A stretch of DNA of 64,000 bases from Bacteroidota bacterium (GCA_023413895.1 JAEZOU010000005.1:20275-84274), one strand, 5' to 3'; shown: positions 28,875-38,727, counted from the stretch's first letter. Made by a program: numbers and translations. The notes: generated by a model not told the origin, from the sequence alone.

Positions 28875-30248
28875 ATGAAAATTTTAGGATTAATTGCAAG
28901 TTTGGCATTTTTGGTAATTACGCACGAATTTGGACATTACATTTTTGCGCGTATTTTCAAAACAAGAGTAGAGAGATTTTATATTTTCTTCAATTGGGGA
29001 TTTTCTTTGATGAGAATGAAGAAAATTGAAGGGAAATATCGTTTTAGTTTTTTTTCAAAGGAAGCTCCCGAGGAGTGGAAGGAGTATCCAGATTCTACGG
29101 AATGGGGAATAGGTTGGTTACCATTGGGTGGCTATTGCTCCATTGCAGGAATGATAGACGAGACGCAATCTGCTGAAGATATGGCTTCGGAGCCCCAACC
29201 TTGGGAATTTCGTTCGAAGCCGGCTTGGCAACGTTTTTTTATCATTATCGGTGGGGTGTTTATGAATTTTCTTTCTGCCATCATCATTTATGCAGCAATG
29301 CTAGGAACTTGGGGAAAAGAGTATATTCCAATTAATGATTGTAAATATGGACTTCATTTCTCTGAAGTCGGGAGAAACTTAGGATTTCAGTCAGGCGATA
29401 ATATTGTTATGGTAGATGGAGATTCTGCAGTGGATATGAGTTCGTTTTTGAGAAAAGTTTACTTTAAGGGGCCTTTTGATGTTGTAGTGAAACGAGGAGA
29501 GCAATTTGTTACGATTCAAATTCCTGAAAAGTTTGCTAAACGTAACTTTAAACAGATTTCGGGAATGCCTTTCTGTAGCTATAACTTCCCGTTTGTTGTA
29601 GATTCTATTTTGCCAGATTTTCCAGCCGCTGAAGCAGGTTTGATGGAAGGAGATAGTATTGTGATGATTAATAGTGAGTGTAATTCGTATTTTCCTTCTA
29701 TTCAGGAATATATGTATTATAATGGAGGTGAAGAAGTTGCTTTGTCATTATATCGTGGAGACTCGCTAATAACTCAAGATGTTCAAATTAATAATGAAGG
29801 AAAAATTGGTGTCCTTCCTGTTTATTATACACAATATCTTGATACAAAAAAAGAGGAATTTGGTTTCTTCTCTTCTATTTCAAATGGCTTTAAAATGGCT
29901 ATTGATCAGTTGAAGTTCTATGTGGAACAATTTTCTGTTGTTTTTACGAAAGAGGGTGCAAAGCAATTAGGCGGTTTCGGAACAATGGGAAAACTTTTCC
30001 CTAACACTTGGGATTGGTATCAATTCTGGAATACAACAGCTTTGTTTGCTATTATTTTGGCGTTTATGAATATTGTGCCGATTCCTGGTCTTGATGGTGG
30101 CTATTTGATGTTTATCCTTTATGAGATGATTACGCGTAAAAAGCCAGGTGATAAATTTATAACATACGCAAATGCTGTCGGAATGATCCTAATTTTAGCC
30201 TTGGTACTTTATGCTAATGGAATGGACGTAATTAGAGCATTCAGATAA
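28875..30248 (+). CDS. rseP: RIP site-2 metalloprotease RseP (M50 family)
   Basis: HEFGHY zinc motif in the first TM helix, a PDZ-like middle (GFQSGDNIVMVDG; EAGLMEGDSIVMIN), and a C-terminal NIVPIPGLDGG motif. Confidence 0.9.
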   Translation: MKILGLIASLAFLVITHEFGHYIFARIFKTRVERFYIFFNWGFSLMRMKKIEGKYRFSFFSKEAPEEWKEYPDSTEWGIGWLPLGGYCSIAGMIDETQSAEDMASEPQPWEFRSKPAWQRFFIIIGGVFMNFLSAIIIYAAMLGTWGKEYIPINDCKYGLHFSEVGRNLGFQSGDNIVMVDGDSAVDMSSFLRKVYFKGPFDVVVKRGEQFVTIQIPEKFAKRNFKQISGMPFCSYNFPFVVDSILPDFPAAEAGLMEGDSIVMINSECNSYFPSIQEYMYYNGGEEVALSLYRGDSLITQDVQINNEGKIGVLPVYYTQYLDTKKEEFGFFSSISNGFKMAIDQLKFYVEQFSVVFTKEGAKQLGGFGTMGKLFPNTWDWYQFWNTTALFAIILAFMNIVPIPGLDGGYLMFILYEMITRKKPGDKFITYANAVGMILILALVLYANGMDVIRAFR

Positions 30249-30285
30249 AAATGAATTTTGTTTGAGAGTGCATAGAAAAATTATG

Positions 30286-30293
30286 TACTTTTG
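30286..30293 (+). promoter_or_regulatory. -7 promoter box TACTTTTG upstream of tRNA-Gln
   Basis: Exact TAnnTTTG match 17 nt upstream of the tRNA 5' end. Confidence 0.5.
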
Positions 30294-30309
30294 CACCCTC
30301 AAATAAAAC

Positions 30310-30380
30310 TGCCTTGTGGTGTAATGGTAGCACAGCAGATTCTGGTTCTGTTTGTCTGGGTTCGAGTCCTAGCGGGGCAA
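30310..30380 (+). tRNA. tRNA-Gln (anticodon CUG)
   Basis: Hand-folded cloverleaf. Acceptor stem TGCCTTG/CGGGGCA has a U1-A72 pair. D stem is GTGT/GCAC with a GG loop. Anticodon stem is GCAGA/TCTGT with loop TTCTGGT (CTG at 30342..30344). T arm is CTGGG-TTCGAGT-CCTAG. It is 71 nt with no encoded CCA. Confidence 0.85.
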
Positions 30381-30383
30381 CAT

Positions 30384-30412
30384 AACGCTGTCGGAAGACA
30401 GCGTTTTTTTTT
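30384..30412 (+). terminator. Rho-independent terminator after tRNA-Gln
   Basis: AACGCTGTC-ggaa-GACAGCGTT stem-loop followed by a 9-nt T run. Confidence 0.85.
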
Positions 30413-30464
30413 CTTATTTTATGAAAGAGTGTGATTTTTAGGATGAAAGTCCCGAAGAATTTCA

Positions 30465-30472
30465 TACCTTTG
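30465..30472 (+). promoter_or_regulatory. -7 promoter box TACCTTTG upstream of the ABC-F gene
   Basis: Exact TAnnTTTG match 32 nt upstream of ATG 30504. Confidence 0.45.
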
Positions 30473-30503
30473 CCGAATCATTTATTCCTATTTATCAAGA
30501 AAT

Positions 30504-32399
30504 ATGAATTACCTTACTGTTGAACATCTTACTAAATCTTATGGAGAGAAATTGCTCTTTGAGGATATCACTTTTGGTATAGAAAAAGGGCAGAAAACAG
30601 CGTTGATAGCCCGTAACGGAATGGGAAAGTCAACATTGCTAAATATCATTGCAGGAATTGATATTCCAGATAGTGGTCAGGTAGTAGTGCGAAATGATAT
30701 ATCGGTTTCTTATCTTCCTCAAGTGGAAAGATTTAATGATCATTTCTCGGTAATGGATGTTATCTTTGAGTCACAAACGCCAATTGTTCAGGCTGTTAAG
30801 GAATATGAAACCTGTTTAACTCTATCTAAAACAGATAACTCTCCCGAGATGATGCAACGAATGGAAAAGGCAATGCTAGATATGGATCGTCTCAGTGCGT
30901 GGGATATGGAAAGTCGTGCGAAAGAGATCTTATCACGTTTCGGAATAGAAGATGTTTTGCGCAATGTTAATGAGTTGTCGGGTGGACAGTTGAAGAAAAC
31001 AATGTTGGCAAAAACATTGATTGCAGATACGGATTTGCTGATTCTTGATGAACCTACAAATCACCTTGATATAGAGATGATTGAGTGGCTTGAAGAATAT
31101 CTATCTACCTCTAATACAACTCTTTTGATGGTAACCCACGATAGATTCTTCTTGGATAAAGTGTGTAATGATATTATTGAAATTGACAATCATAATCTGT
31201 ATCGTTACAAAGGGAAATATGATTACTATTTGGAGAAAAAAGCTGAGCGAATTGCTAATGAGAATGCGGAAGCAGAGAAGATTAAGCAGCTATATAAAAG
31301 GGAGTTGGAGTGGGTTCACACTTTACCGCAAGCACGGACTTCAAAAGCAAAGGCTCGTATCAATGCATTTGAAACACTGAAAGAGGAAGCATCGCGCAAA
31401 GTGGAAAGTAAACCAACGGGTTTCCATGTTCGTACAGAAAGATTAGGAAATAAAATTTTAGAGATTAATAACCTTGATTTCTCCTATCCTAATACTCCTA
31501 TTTTAACAGATTTCTCATACATTTTTAAAAAAGGTGAAAAATGTGGTGTGGTAGGAAAAAATGGAACAGGAAAAACAACTCTGCTTAAACTGATTGCAGG
31601 AGAACTTCTACCCGATGCAGGAAAAATATCCCCAGGCTTAACTATCCAATTTGGATATTTTTCACAAGATGGTTTGAAAGTGAAAGGAAATATGCGTGTA
31701 ATTGATTTGGTGAAACAACATGCAGATGTGATTAGAATGGAGAGCGGAAATTATGTCGGTGCTTCTCAGTTTTTGAATTATTTCGGATTTAAGTATGAAC
31801 AGCAATATTCTTACTATGAAGATTTAAGTGGAGGGGAAAAACGAAAACTTCACCTTCTAATTACACTATTGAAAAACCCCAATTTCTTAATTTTAGATGA
31901 GCCAACTAATGATTTTGATATTGATACACTTAACCTTTTGGAAGATTTTCTAGATCACTACAAAGGTTGTTTGCTGATTGTGTCGCACGATCGTTGGTTT
32001 ATGAATAAATTGGTGGATCATATTTTTGTTTTTGAAGGTGAAGGGAAGGTAAAAGATTACTATGGAAACTATACCGATTATAGAATTGCACGTGACAAAG
32101 AGTTGAAATTGCAGAAACGTGCGGAAAAAGAGCAACGTTTAGCACAAACTTCTGTTGAACAGCCTGTAGAAAAGCCAGTTTCAAAAAAGATGACCTATAA
32201 GGAACGTAAAGAGTTTGAGCAATTGGAGGTGGATATTGAACAATTAGAATTGGAGAAAACAGAGCTTGTGGATAAGATGAATAGTGGGGAGGGAACTGCG
32301 CAGGATTTACAATGTTGGAGTGAACGTTACGAGGTTGTTGAGGCAAGTTTAGATGAAAAAACGATGCGTTGGTTAGAGTTAAGTGAAAAAGAATGTTAG
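30504..32399 (+). CDS. ABC-F family ATPase (Uup-like, two ABC domains, no TM domain)
   Basis: Two Walker A sites (ARNGMGKST; GKNGTGKTT), two signature motifs (LSGGQ; LSGGE), and a C-terminal coiled-coil tail (KERKEFEQLEVDIEQLELEKTEL). Confidence 0.88.
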   Translation: MNYLTVEHLTKSYGEKLLFEDITFGIEKGQKTALIARNGMGKSTLLNIIAGIDIPDSGQVVVRNDISVSYLPQVERFNDHFSVMDVIFESQTPIVQAVKEYETCLTLSKTDNSPEMMQRMEKAMLDMDRLSAWDMESRAKEILSRFGIEDVLRNVNELSGGQLKKTMLAKTLIADTDLLILDEPTNHLDIEMIEWLEEYLSTSNTTLLMVTHDRFFLDKVCNDIIEIDNHNLYRYKGKYDYYLEKKAERIANENAEAEKIKQLYKRELEWVHTLPQARTSKAKARINAFETLKEEASRKVESKPTGFHVRTERLGNKILEINNLDFSYPNTPILTDFSYIFKKGEKCGVVGKNGTGKTTLLKLIAGELLPDAGKISPGLTIQFGYFSQDGLKVKGNMRVIDLVKQHADVIRMESGNYVGASQFLNYFGFKYEQQYSYYEDLSGGEKRKLHLLITLLKNPNFLILDEPTNDFDIDTLNLLEDFLDHYKGCLLIVSHDRWFMNKLVDHIFVFEGEGKVKDYYGNYTDYRIARDKELKLQKRAEKEQRLAQTSVEQPVEKPVSKKMTYKERKEFEQLEVDIEQLELEKTELVDKMNSGEGTAQDLQCWSERYEVVEASLDEKTMRWLELSEKEC

Positions 32400-32405
32400 A
32401 AATTT

Positions 32406-33113
32406 ATGGGACATTATTACATCGAAAATATAGATTCGGATAGTATTATGTTATCACCTGAAGAGTCGAAACATATTGTTAGGGTGATGAGAAAAAAAGT
32501 GGGAGATGAGTTACAATTTACAGATGGTAAAGGAGGACGCATACGTGCGCGCATTTCAGTTGCAGAAAAGGAACTTTGTGTTGCAGAGGTGTTTGAACGA
32601 GAAATGTGTGCAAAACGTTCTATTGGACTACACGTTGCTGTAGCTCCTACAAAAAATCCAGATCGCATGGAGTGGCTTGTGGAGAAAGCGGTGGAAGTTG
32701 GTGTAGAAAAGATTACTTTTTTGCAATGTGAACATTCAGAAAGAAAACGTATCGACCTTGCACGAATGCACAGAATTGCTATAGCAGCATTGAAACAGTC
32801 ATCGGCACTATATCTTCCTGAGTTGGTATTTCAAACTTTTGATGAGTTGTTGTCTAGTTTTGACAAAAATGTAACTAACGGATTTATCGCCTATTGTGAA
32901 GCAGATGCGCAATCTCCGCAGTTTATTAAAACGCCATTCTCGGCTGATGAGGTTCTTCTGATAATTGGTCCTGAGGGTGATTTTTCAGCAGATGAGGTAC
33001 GAAAAGCAAAGAATATAGGAATTCAACCTGTGAAGTTAGGAAACAAAATCTTGCGCACCGAGACGGCAGCTTTATACGGAGTATGTGCGTTTGCAATGCG
33101 AGAACTTAATTAG
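32406..33113 (+). CDS. rsmE: 16S rRNA (uracil1498-N3)-methyltransferase
   Basis: 235 aa. SKHIVRVMRKKVGDEL (PUA-like N-terminus), KMEWLVEKAVEVGV, IGPEGDFSADE and LRTETAAL motifs. Confidence 0.85.
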   Translation: MGHYYIENIDSDSIMLSPEESKHIVRVMRKKVGDELQFTDGKGGRIRARISVAEKELCVAEVFEREMCAKRSIGLHVAVAPTKNPDRMEWLVEKAVEVGVEKITFLQCEHSERKRIDLARMHRIAIAALKQSSALYLPELVFQTFDELLSSFDKNVTNGFIAYCEADAQSPQFIKTPFSADEVLLIIGPEGDFSADEVRKAKNIGIQPVKLGNKILRTETAALYGVCAFAMRELN

Positions 33114-34773
33114 TGACAATGGGTTGCTTGTTGCGAATCTGTAGTACTTTTGTAAATGGAGCTCCATTCTTCTTGAAGCCACTTGCGGTTAGTTGCTGCG
33201 TGTCGCTTTCATCATTCCATACAACTTTTATCTCCTTTTCATTATAGTCAATTATAAATCCACCATCTACTTTCCAAAAAAGTTTTGCTATTTCGTCGTT
33301 ATTGATACAATAAATTCGAGAGTCTGTTGGATGTTTCATAAATCCTTGTACTTGAGTGATCTCCTCATAAAGAAAATGGGTCGTTTTTTCTTGAATCAAA
33401 TAGAAATATTGTGTGGGTTTATTTTGCGAATTTTTGTGAGGTCCATGCTTAGCACCTTCTAGTGGATAAAATTCATTTCTGATTTTAAGCGAATCTAATT
33501 TTTGGTGAATAGCTTGTGAGCCATACATTTCGTCAAAAAGTCGTTCTCCAAGTTTTTTGCTGATGTCTGCAAATGGATAACCATAATTAATAGGGATAAT
33601 GGGGTCTTCTGTTCCATGGAAAGAGATTGTTGGGGTAGGAGTGAGGGTAATGTCGTTCAAGTCATAAATAGCTCCCCACATATTGATGATAGCGCGGATT
33701 TTGAATTTTTCTGTAAGATTGTTTCCAGAGCTCCATTTCTCGCCAAGTTTAAGTGTGCTTTCTGGACGAGAATTTTTCGACATATAGACCAAATTTAATG
33801 CTGTAATTGCGCCAGCACTTGCTCCACCAATAAAAATGTAGTTAGGGTCTATGTTGTATAGTTCAGCATTATGAACTAAATAGCGTAAAGCTGCGTGGGC
33901 ATCTTGAATGGCCATAAATCCACAGTTTTGGATTGAATTTTTGGAAATCTTAAATCCCATTCTGTAATTGATAGAAACCGCAACATATCCCAATCTCGCA
34001 AAATGTTTACACCATTCAGAAAGCGTGAAATCACTTTTGTCACCAATGTAAAAAGCTCCACCATGTAAAAGAAGAATTACCGGATGTTGACGAAGTGTAT
34101 CCTCAATAGGACGATAGATATCCATCTTCAAATCTAAATCTTTTTTGTGTGCCGTTTGTGCAATAGTTTTTGTAATTGTTCGAATATATTTTTCATTTTC
34201 TGGTTCCAAAGAGCACCAGTAACCTTCAGCTTTTGCATAATTAATGTCCGAAATTTTTTCTATTTTATAACACTCTTCTTTGTATATGGGAGATTCGCAA
34301 GATTGAAATTCTGGGACTTCTAATCTTGAAAATTCTATCTTAATAATTGTATCTATTGTAGATGTTGAGAAAAACACCAATGCTTCGAGAGAGGTTTTGT
34401 CGTGAATAGCCTCAAAGTTGAATGTAACTGATTGCGTTTCAGTGTTTAGAATATATTTTTCATCTTTTCTGCTGATAGTAAAAGGTTGGGGAAATGTTGT
34501 TGTGTTAGTTAGATCGTAAAGGTAACCTTGGATCAATGTTTTTTCTGACCTGCTAATTTTTATTGCGAAATCTTTCTCCTCAATTTTGCCAATATAAAAA
34601 AACGAAGTGTCAATAATGTCGAAACTGAGATGATCTTTATCTGTTATTCGTTTTCCCTTTTTGGTAATGACTTTATTGCTTTTTGATATTTCAGATTTAT
34701 TTTTTTTGCCTCCACAACTTACGATTAGTATGGAAAGAAAAATGATAGTTATATATTTTAGGATATTTCTCAT
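33106..34773 (-). CDS. Lipoprotein with an alpha/beta-hydrolase (esterase/lipase) domain
   Basis: Start trimmed to ATG 34773 (MRNILKYITIIFLSILIVSCGG lipobox). HGGAFYIGDK oxyanion motif and GGASAG nucleophile elbow. It also has an uncharacterised N-terminal region of about 230 aa and a C-terminal region of about 100 aa. Confidence 0.75.
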   Translation of the reverse strand: MRNILKYITIIFLSILIVSCGGKKNKSEISKSNKVITKKGKRITDKDHLSFDIIDTSFFYIGKIEEKDFAIKISRSEKTLIQGYLYDLTNTTTFPQPFTISRKDEKYILNTETQSVTFNFEAIHDKTSLEALVFFSTSTIDTIIKIEFSRLEVPEFQSCESPIYKEECYKIEKISDINYAKAEGYWCSLEPENEKYIRTITKTIAQTAHKKDLDLKMDIYRPIEDTLRQHPVILLLHGGAFYIGDKSDFTLSEWCKHFARLGYVAVSINYRMGFKISKNSIQNCGFMAIQDAHAALRYLVHNAELYNIDPNYIFIGGASAGAITALNLVYMSKNSRPESTLKLGEKWSSGNNLTEKFKIRAIINMWGAIYDLNDITLTPTPTISFHGTEDPIIPINYGYPFADISKKLGERLFDEMYGSQAIHQKLDSLKIRNEFYPLEGAKHGPHKNSQNKPTQYFYLIQEKTTHFLYEEITQVQGFMKHPTDSRIYCINNDEIAKLFWKVDGGFIIDYNEKEIKVVWNDESDTQQLTASGFKKNGAPFTKVLQIRNKQPIVTN

Positions 34774-34805
34774 ATTGAGTTGTATTGTTTTGAAACTCAT
34801 GGTTG

Positions 34806-34813
34806 CAAAAATA
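34806..34813 (-). promoter_or_regulatory. -7 promoter box (TATTTTTG on the minus strand) upstream of the esterase gene
   Basis: Exact TAnnTTTG match 33 nt upstream of ATG 34773. Its position argues against the longer track start at 34848. Confidence 0.4.
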
Positions 34814-34857
34814 GGAGAAAAAATCTCTGTAGGATTGAAATTCTTCATAAAAAATGT

Positions 34858-34865
34858 TATTTTTG
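34858..34865 (+). promoter_or_regulatory. -7 promoter box TATTTTTG upstream of rnfD
   Basis: Exact TAnnTTTG match about 82 nt upstream of ATG 34947. Confidence 0.4.
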
Positions 34866-34946
34866 CAACTTCAAATATAATGCCCTATTTTGTGGTGTTA
34901 TTTTCTTTTTGATTTTTGATAAATATACTAAACTCAATGATTTATT

Positions 34947-35942
34947 ATGAGCAATAGACTTTTACACGTTTCTGGTTCCCCTCATATTCACGGAGGAGAA
35001 TCTACAAGAAAGATTATGTGGTCAGTGGTTATTGCGTTGATTCCTGCGCTTGTTGTATCCGTGTTTTATTTTGGTTTACCCCCATTGATAATTACAGCTG
35101 TATCAGTGCTTAGCTGCGTTTTGTTTGAACATTTGACTTGTAAGTTGTTTTTGAAAGTAAAATCTACAATCAGCGATGGGTCAGCCGTTATTACAGGTAT
35201 GCTATTGGCTTTCAATCTTCCCTCTAATCTTCCTTTGATTTGGGTGATTTTGGGTGCATTTGTTGCTATTGTAATTGCTAAAATGGCGTTTGGTGGATTG
35301 GGTAAAAATCTCTTCAATCCTGCTTTGGTTGGACGAGCTTTTCTTCTAATTTCTCGACCTGTTGAGATGACAAGTTGGCCAACCCCAGAACCTATTTGGG
35401 GTTTTGCGCAGGCCATGACAGGCCCAACACCGCTTGGAATTATGAAGGATGGTCTAAAAGCAGGTCAAACACCAGAGCAAATTTTGCGTACTACCGATGG
35501 TATTCCAGATTATGTTCAAATGTTAATGGGACAAATGGGCGGTTCATTCGGTGAAATTTCTGCATTAGCATTATTAATCGGTGCTCTATTTTTAATAATT
35601 CGCAAAGTAATCACTTGGCATATTCCTGTGTCATTCCTACTTTCAGCATTAGCAATGGCTTCTATTTTATATTTTTGCAATCATGACCTATATGTTATTC
35701 CTTGGTTCCATTTGGTAACGGGTGGTATGATTTTGGGAGCTTGTTTTATGGCTACAGATATGGTTACATCGCCAGTTTCTCCTATGGGAATGATTGTATT
35801 TGGTATCGGATGTGGTGTGCTAACAATTATTATTCGTGTGTTTGGTGCATATCCTGAGGGAGTATCTTTTGCAATTCTGTTGATGAATGCTGTAACACCT
35901 CTTATTGATAGAGCATTTAAACCTAAAATGTTCGGAAAGTAA
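34947..35942 (+). CDS. rnfD: Rnf electron transport complex subunit D
   Basis: VSGSPHIHGGESTRKIMWSVVIALIPAL N-terminus, NPALVGRAFLLIS, and FMATDMVTSP (FMN attachment region). Polytopic. Confidence 0.88.
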   Translation: MSNRLLHVSGSPHIHGGESTRKIMWSVVIALIPALVVSVFYFGLPPLIITAVSVLSCVLFEHLTCKLFLKVKSTISDGSAVITGMLLAFNLPSNLPLIWVILGAFVAIVIAKMAFGGLGKNLFNPALVGRAFLLISRPVEMTSWPTPEPIWGFAQAMTGPTPLGIMKDGLKAGQTPEQILRTTDGIPDYVQMLMGQMGGSFGEISALALLIGALFLIIRKVITWHIPVSFLLSALAMASILYFCNHDLYVIPWFHLVTGGMILGACFMATDMVTSPVSPMGMIVFGIGCGVLTIIIRVFGAYPEGVSFAILLMNAVTPLIDRAFKPKMFGK

Positions 35943-35964
35943 GTCTATCTTTAAAACTGATTTT

Positions 35965-36597
35965 ATGAAAAAAGAATCTTCACTATTACAACTGATATTG
36001 TCCCTTACGCTTATTACGCTAATTGCAGGGGCAGCTTTGGCATTTGTTTATGACATTACTTACGATAAAATTGCACAATCTAAAGAACAAAAAAAACAAG
36101 AGGCAATTAATGCTGTATTGACAGGTTTTGATAAACAAAGTGGAAAAATTGAATCTGTGCAAACTTTGGTGGAGGATGATGCTGATTCAGTGACAGTCCA
36201 TTTGGCTTATATGAATGACCAACTTTTTGGTGCTGCAGTGGAAACCTTTACGGATAAAGCTTTCAGTGGTAAATTTACTATTATGGTAGGTTTCGATGCA
36301 GAAGGTGTTGTGTTGGGAACAGATGTATTGGAACATAGCGAAACCCCTGGATTGGGTGATAAAATCAATAAGAAAAAAGATGAGAATTTTTCTCCGCAAT
36401 TTGTGGGGATGAATCCTGCAGAAAAAACCTTAAAAGTTGTCCAAGATGGAGGTGATGTTGTAGCTATTACTGCTGCAACAATTTCCTCAAGAGCTTTTTG
36501 TGATGCTGTTGAACGGGCACATAAAGCTTTTTTAACTTTGAAGTCAGTGAATGCTGATAATCAACAAGCTTGTGAAAAGGAGGTCGTAAATGAATAA
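35965..36597 (+). CDS. rnfG: Rnf electron transport complex subunit G
   Basis: Start trimmed to ATG 35965 (MKKESSLLQLILSLTLITLIAG anchor). It has an FMN-binding domain with ETPGLGDK and ITAATISSRA. Confidence 0.85.
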   Translation: MKKESSLLQLILSLTLITLIAGAALAFVYDITYDKIAQSKEQKKQEAINAVLTGFDKQSGKIESVQTLVEDDADSVTVHLAYMNDQLFGAAVETFTDKAFSGKFTIMVGFDAEGVVLGTDVLEHSETPGLGDKINKKKDENFSPQFVGMNPAEKTLKVVQDGGDVVAITAATISSRAFCDAVERAHKAFLTLKSVNADNQQACEKEVVNE

Positions 36598-37177
36598 AAT
36601 GAAAATTTTAACCAAAGGATTGTTGAAGGAAAATCCTATTTTTGTGTTGGTATTAGGAATGTGTCCTTCTTTGGCGGTAACCACATCTGCCATCAATGCA
36701 CTAGGAATGGGATTAGCAACGACTTTCGTTTTGCTAATGTCAAATATGTTAATCTCCCTTCTTAAAAATGTTATACCCAATAAAGTACGTATCCCTGCTT
36801 ATATTGTTGTAATTGCTACTTTTGTAACAATTGTCGATTTAGTGCTTAAAGGTTTTGTTCCACCTTTGGCAGAAAGTTTAGGACTCTTTATCCCTTTGAT
36901 TGTGGTAAATTGTATTGTTTTGGGACGTGCCGAAGCTTTTGCAAGTAAAAATTCTGTTTTAGATTCCGTTTTAGATGGAATTGGGATGGGATTGGGATTT
37001 ACTTTATCTTTATTTGTTATTGGTTCGATTCGTGAAATATTGGGAAGTGGATCTTTTTTAGGTCTTTCTATTCCTTTTATGAAAGGAAATGAAATATTGG
37101 TGTTTGTTCTTGCACCAGGTGCTTTCATAGTGTTAGGGTTTGTGATGGCATTAGTTAGAAGAATCCAAAATAAATAA
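36590..37177 (+). CDS. rnfE: Rnf electron transport complex subunit E
   Basis: LLKENPIFVLVLGMCPSLAVTTSAINALGMGLATTFVL and LIVVNCIVLGRAEAFA motifs. It overlaps rnfG by 8 nt. Confidence 0.88.
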   Translation: MNKMKILTKGLLKENPIFVLVLGMCPSLAVTTSAINALGMGLATTFVLLMSNMLISLLKNVIPNKVRIPAYIVVIATFVTIVDLVLKGFVPPLAESLGLFIPLIVVNCIVLGRAEAFASKNSVLDSVLDGIGMGLGFTLSLFVIGSIREILGSGSFLGLSIPFMKGNEILVFVLAPGAFIVLGFVMALVRRIQNK

Positions 37178-37195
37178 TCTTTAAAATTACTCGAA

Positions 37196-37771
37196 ATGGA
37201 ATATATATTAATGATTATTGGTTGTGTTTTTGTAAACAACATCATTTTAGCGCAATTTTTGGGAATCTGCCCTTTCTTGGGTGTTTCCAATAAGGTTGGT
37301 ACTGCTTTAGGAATGGGAGCTGCCGTAATTTTTGTTATGACAATTGCTACTTTGGTAACTACTCTTATCCAAAATTATATATTAGTGCCTCTTAATTTAG
37401 TAGATTTCTTGCAAACTATTACTTTTATCTTGGTTATTGCTGCTTTAGTACAGATGGTGGAAATCGTTTTGAAGAAAGTTAGTCCCTCTTTATATCAAGC
37501 GTTGGGCGTATTTCTTCCGCTAATTACTACCAATTGTGCAGTATTGGGTGTAGCGATTTCAGTTACTACTCAAGGTTTAGGATTAATAGATAGTGTAGTT
37601 TATGCTATTTTTTCTGCAATAGGATTTACTTTAGCGATAGTAATCTTTGCCGGATTGCGCGAACAACTCGACCTTGTAGAAGTGCCTAAAGGTATGAAGG
37701 GTGTGCCTATTGCTTTAATTACCGCAGGAATTTTAGCAATGGCATTTATGGGCTTTGCAAATTTGGTTTAG
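37196..37771 (+). CDS. rnfA: Rnf electron transport complex subunit A
   Basis: FVNNIILAQFLGICPFLGVS and LITTNCAVLGVA motifs. 191 aa, polytopic. Confidence 0.88.
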   Translation: MEYILMIIGCVFVNNIILAQFLGICPFLGVSNKVGTALGMGAAVIFVMTIATLVTTLIQNYILVPLNLVDFLQTITFILVIAALVQMVEIVLKKVSPSLYQALGVFLPLITTNCAVLGVAISVTTQGLGLIDSVVYAIFSAIGFTLAIVIFAGLREQLDLVEVPKGMKGVPIALITAGILAMAFMGFANLV

Positions 37772-38727
37772 TAGATTCCTTCTTTGATAATATCGTGCAA
37801 ATGTAGCACGCCTAAATAGGAACCAGCATCATCGGTTACAAAAAGATTGGTGATGCTTTTCTTTTTCATAAGTTCAAGTGCCTCAACCGCTAATGCCTCG
37901 GGCGATATAGATTTCGGGGCTAAAGTCATTACTTCTGCGGCCGTAAGATGATAGTAATTTTTGTTTTTTTGCAACATTCTGCGGAGATCTCCATCGGTAA
38001 TTGCACCAATTATCTTATTGTCTTTAACAACTGCTGTTACACCTAATCTTTTGCCAGAAATCTCCAAAATTACGCTATCCATAGGGGTATCAGGTGCCAC
38101 TTCGGGGCGCTCATTGAACTTGTAAAGGTCTTTGACTTTAACATAAAGTCGCTTGCCCAAAATACCTCCAGGATGGTAGCGCGCAAAATCTTGTGAGGTA
38201 AATCCGCGCATTTCGATAAGACAACTTGCCAATGCATCGCCGAGTGCCAGTTGCGCAGTAGAACTAGATGTAGGGGCCAAATTATTGGGACATGCCTCGT
38301 GCTCTACAGAACAATCGAGAACAAAATCTGCCTCTTTAGCTAAATAGGAATCGGTATTGCCAACTAAGGCAATTAATTTGTTTCCCCTCATTTTGAAGAA
38401 GGGAACTAAGACGGAAATCTCTGGCGTGTTTCCACTTTTCGATAAACAAAGCACAACATCTTCAGGCTGGATGATTCCTAAATCGCCATGTATAGCATCG
38501 GCAGCGTGCATAAAAATAGCAGGTGTTCCCGTTGAATTAAAGGTGGCGACTAACTTCTGTGCAATTATTGCGCTCTTCCCAATTCCGGTAATGACTAAAC
38601 GCCCTTGACTCTCTTTTATTAGGTAAAGACTTTTTACAAAATCCTCATTGATAAATGCTTTGATTCTGATAATTGCGTCAGCTTCTTGTTGAAGAACATC
38701 TTGTGCTCGTTCTATCCAATTCGTCAT
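37768..38727 (-). CDS. kdsD: KpsF/GutQ-family arabinose-5-phosphate isomerase (SIS plus tandem CBS)
   Basis: GRLVITGIGKSAIIAQKLVATFNSTGTPA (SIS) and a C-terminal CBS pair (VAPDTPMDSVILEISGKRLGVTAVV..; SYLGVLHLHDIIKEG). Confidence 0.85.
   Translation of the reverse strand: MTNWIERAQDVLQQEADAIIRIKAFINEDFVKSLYLIKESQGRLVITGIGKSAIIAQKLVATFNSTGTPAIFMHAADAIHGDLGIIQPEDVVLCLSKSGNTPEISVLVPFFKMRGNKLIALVGNTDSYLAKEADFVLDCSVEHEACPNNLAPTSSSTAQLALGDALASCLIEMRGFTSQDFARYHPGGILGKRLYVKVKDLYKFNERPEVAPDTPMDSVILEISGKRLGVTAVVKDNKIIGAITDGDLRRMLQKNKNYYHLTAAEVMTLAPKSISPEALAVEALELMKKKSITNLFVTDDAGSYLGVLHLHDIIKEGIY

Noticed and set aside
30241-30465. 74-aa minus-strand ORF
   Set aside because: It lies antisense across tRNA-Gln, its promoter and its terminator. 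Its translation (..APLGLEPRQTEPESAVLPLHH..) is the typical artefact of reading a tRNA gene backwards.
36799-37290. 163-aa minus-strand ORF antisense to rnfE/rnfA (similarly 35066..35416 antisense to rnfD)
   Set aside because: It is fully embedded antisense in well-supported membrane-protein genes. It has low-complexity K/P/T-rich composition and no start context.
34947-37771. Alternative reading of the four membrane subunits as Na+-NQR (nqrBCDE)
   Set aside because: The N-terminal SGSPHIHGG..STRKIM motif of the first subunit and the subunit sizes fit RnfD/G/E/A. No nqrA or nqrF flank the cluster. A profile comparison would settle it.
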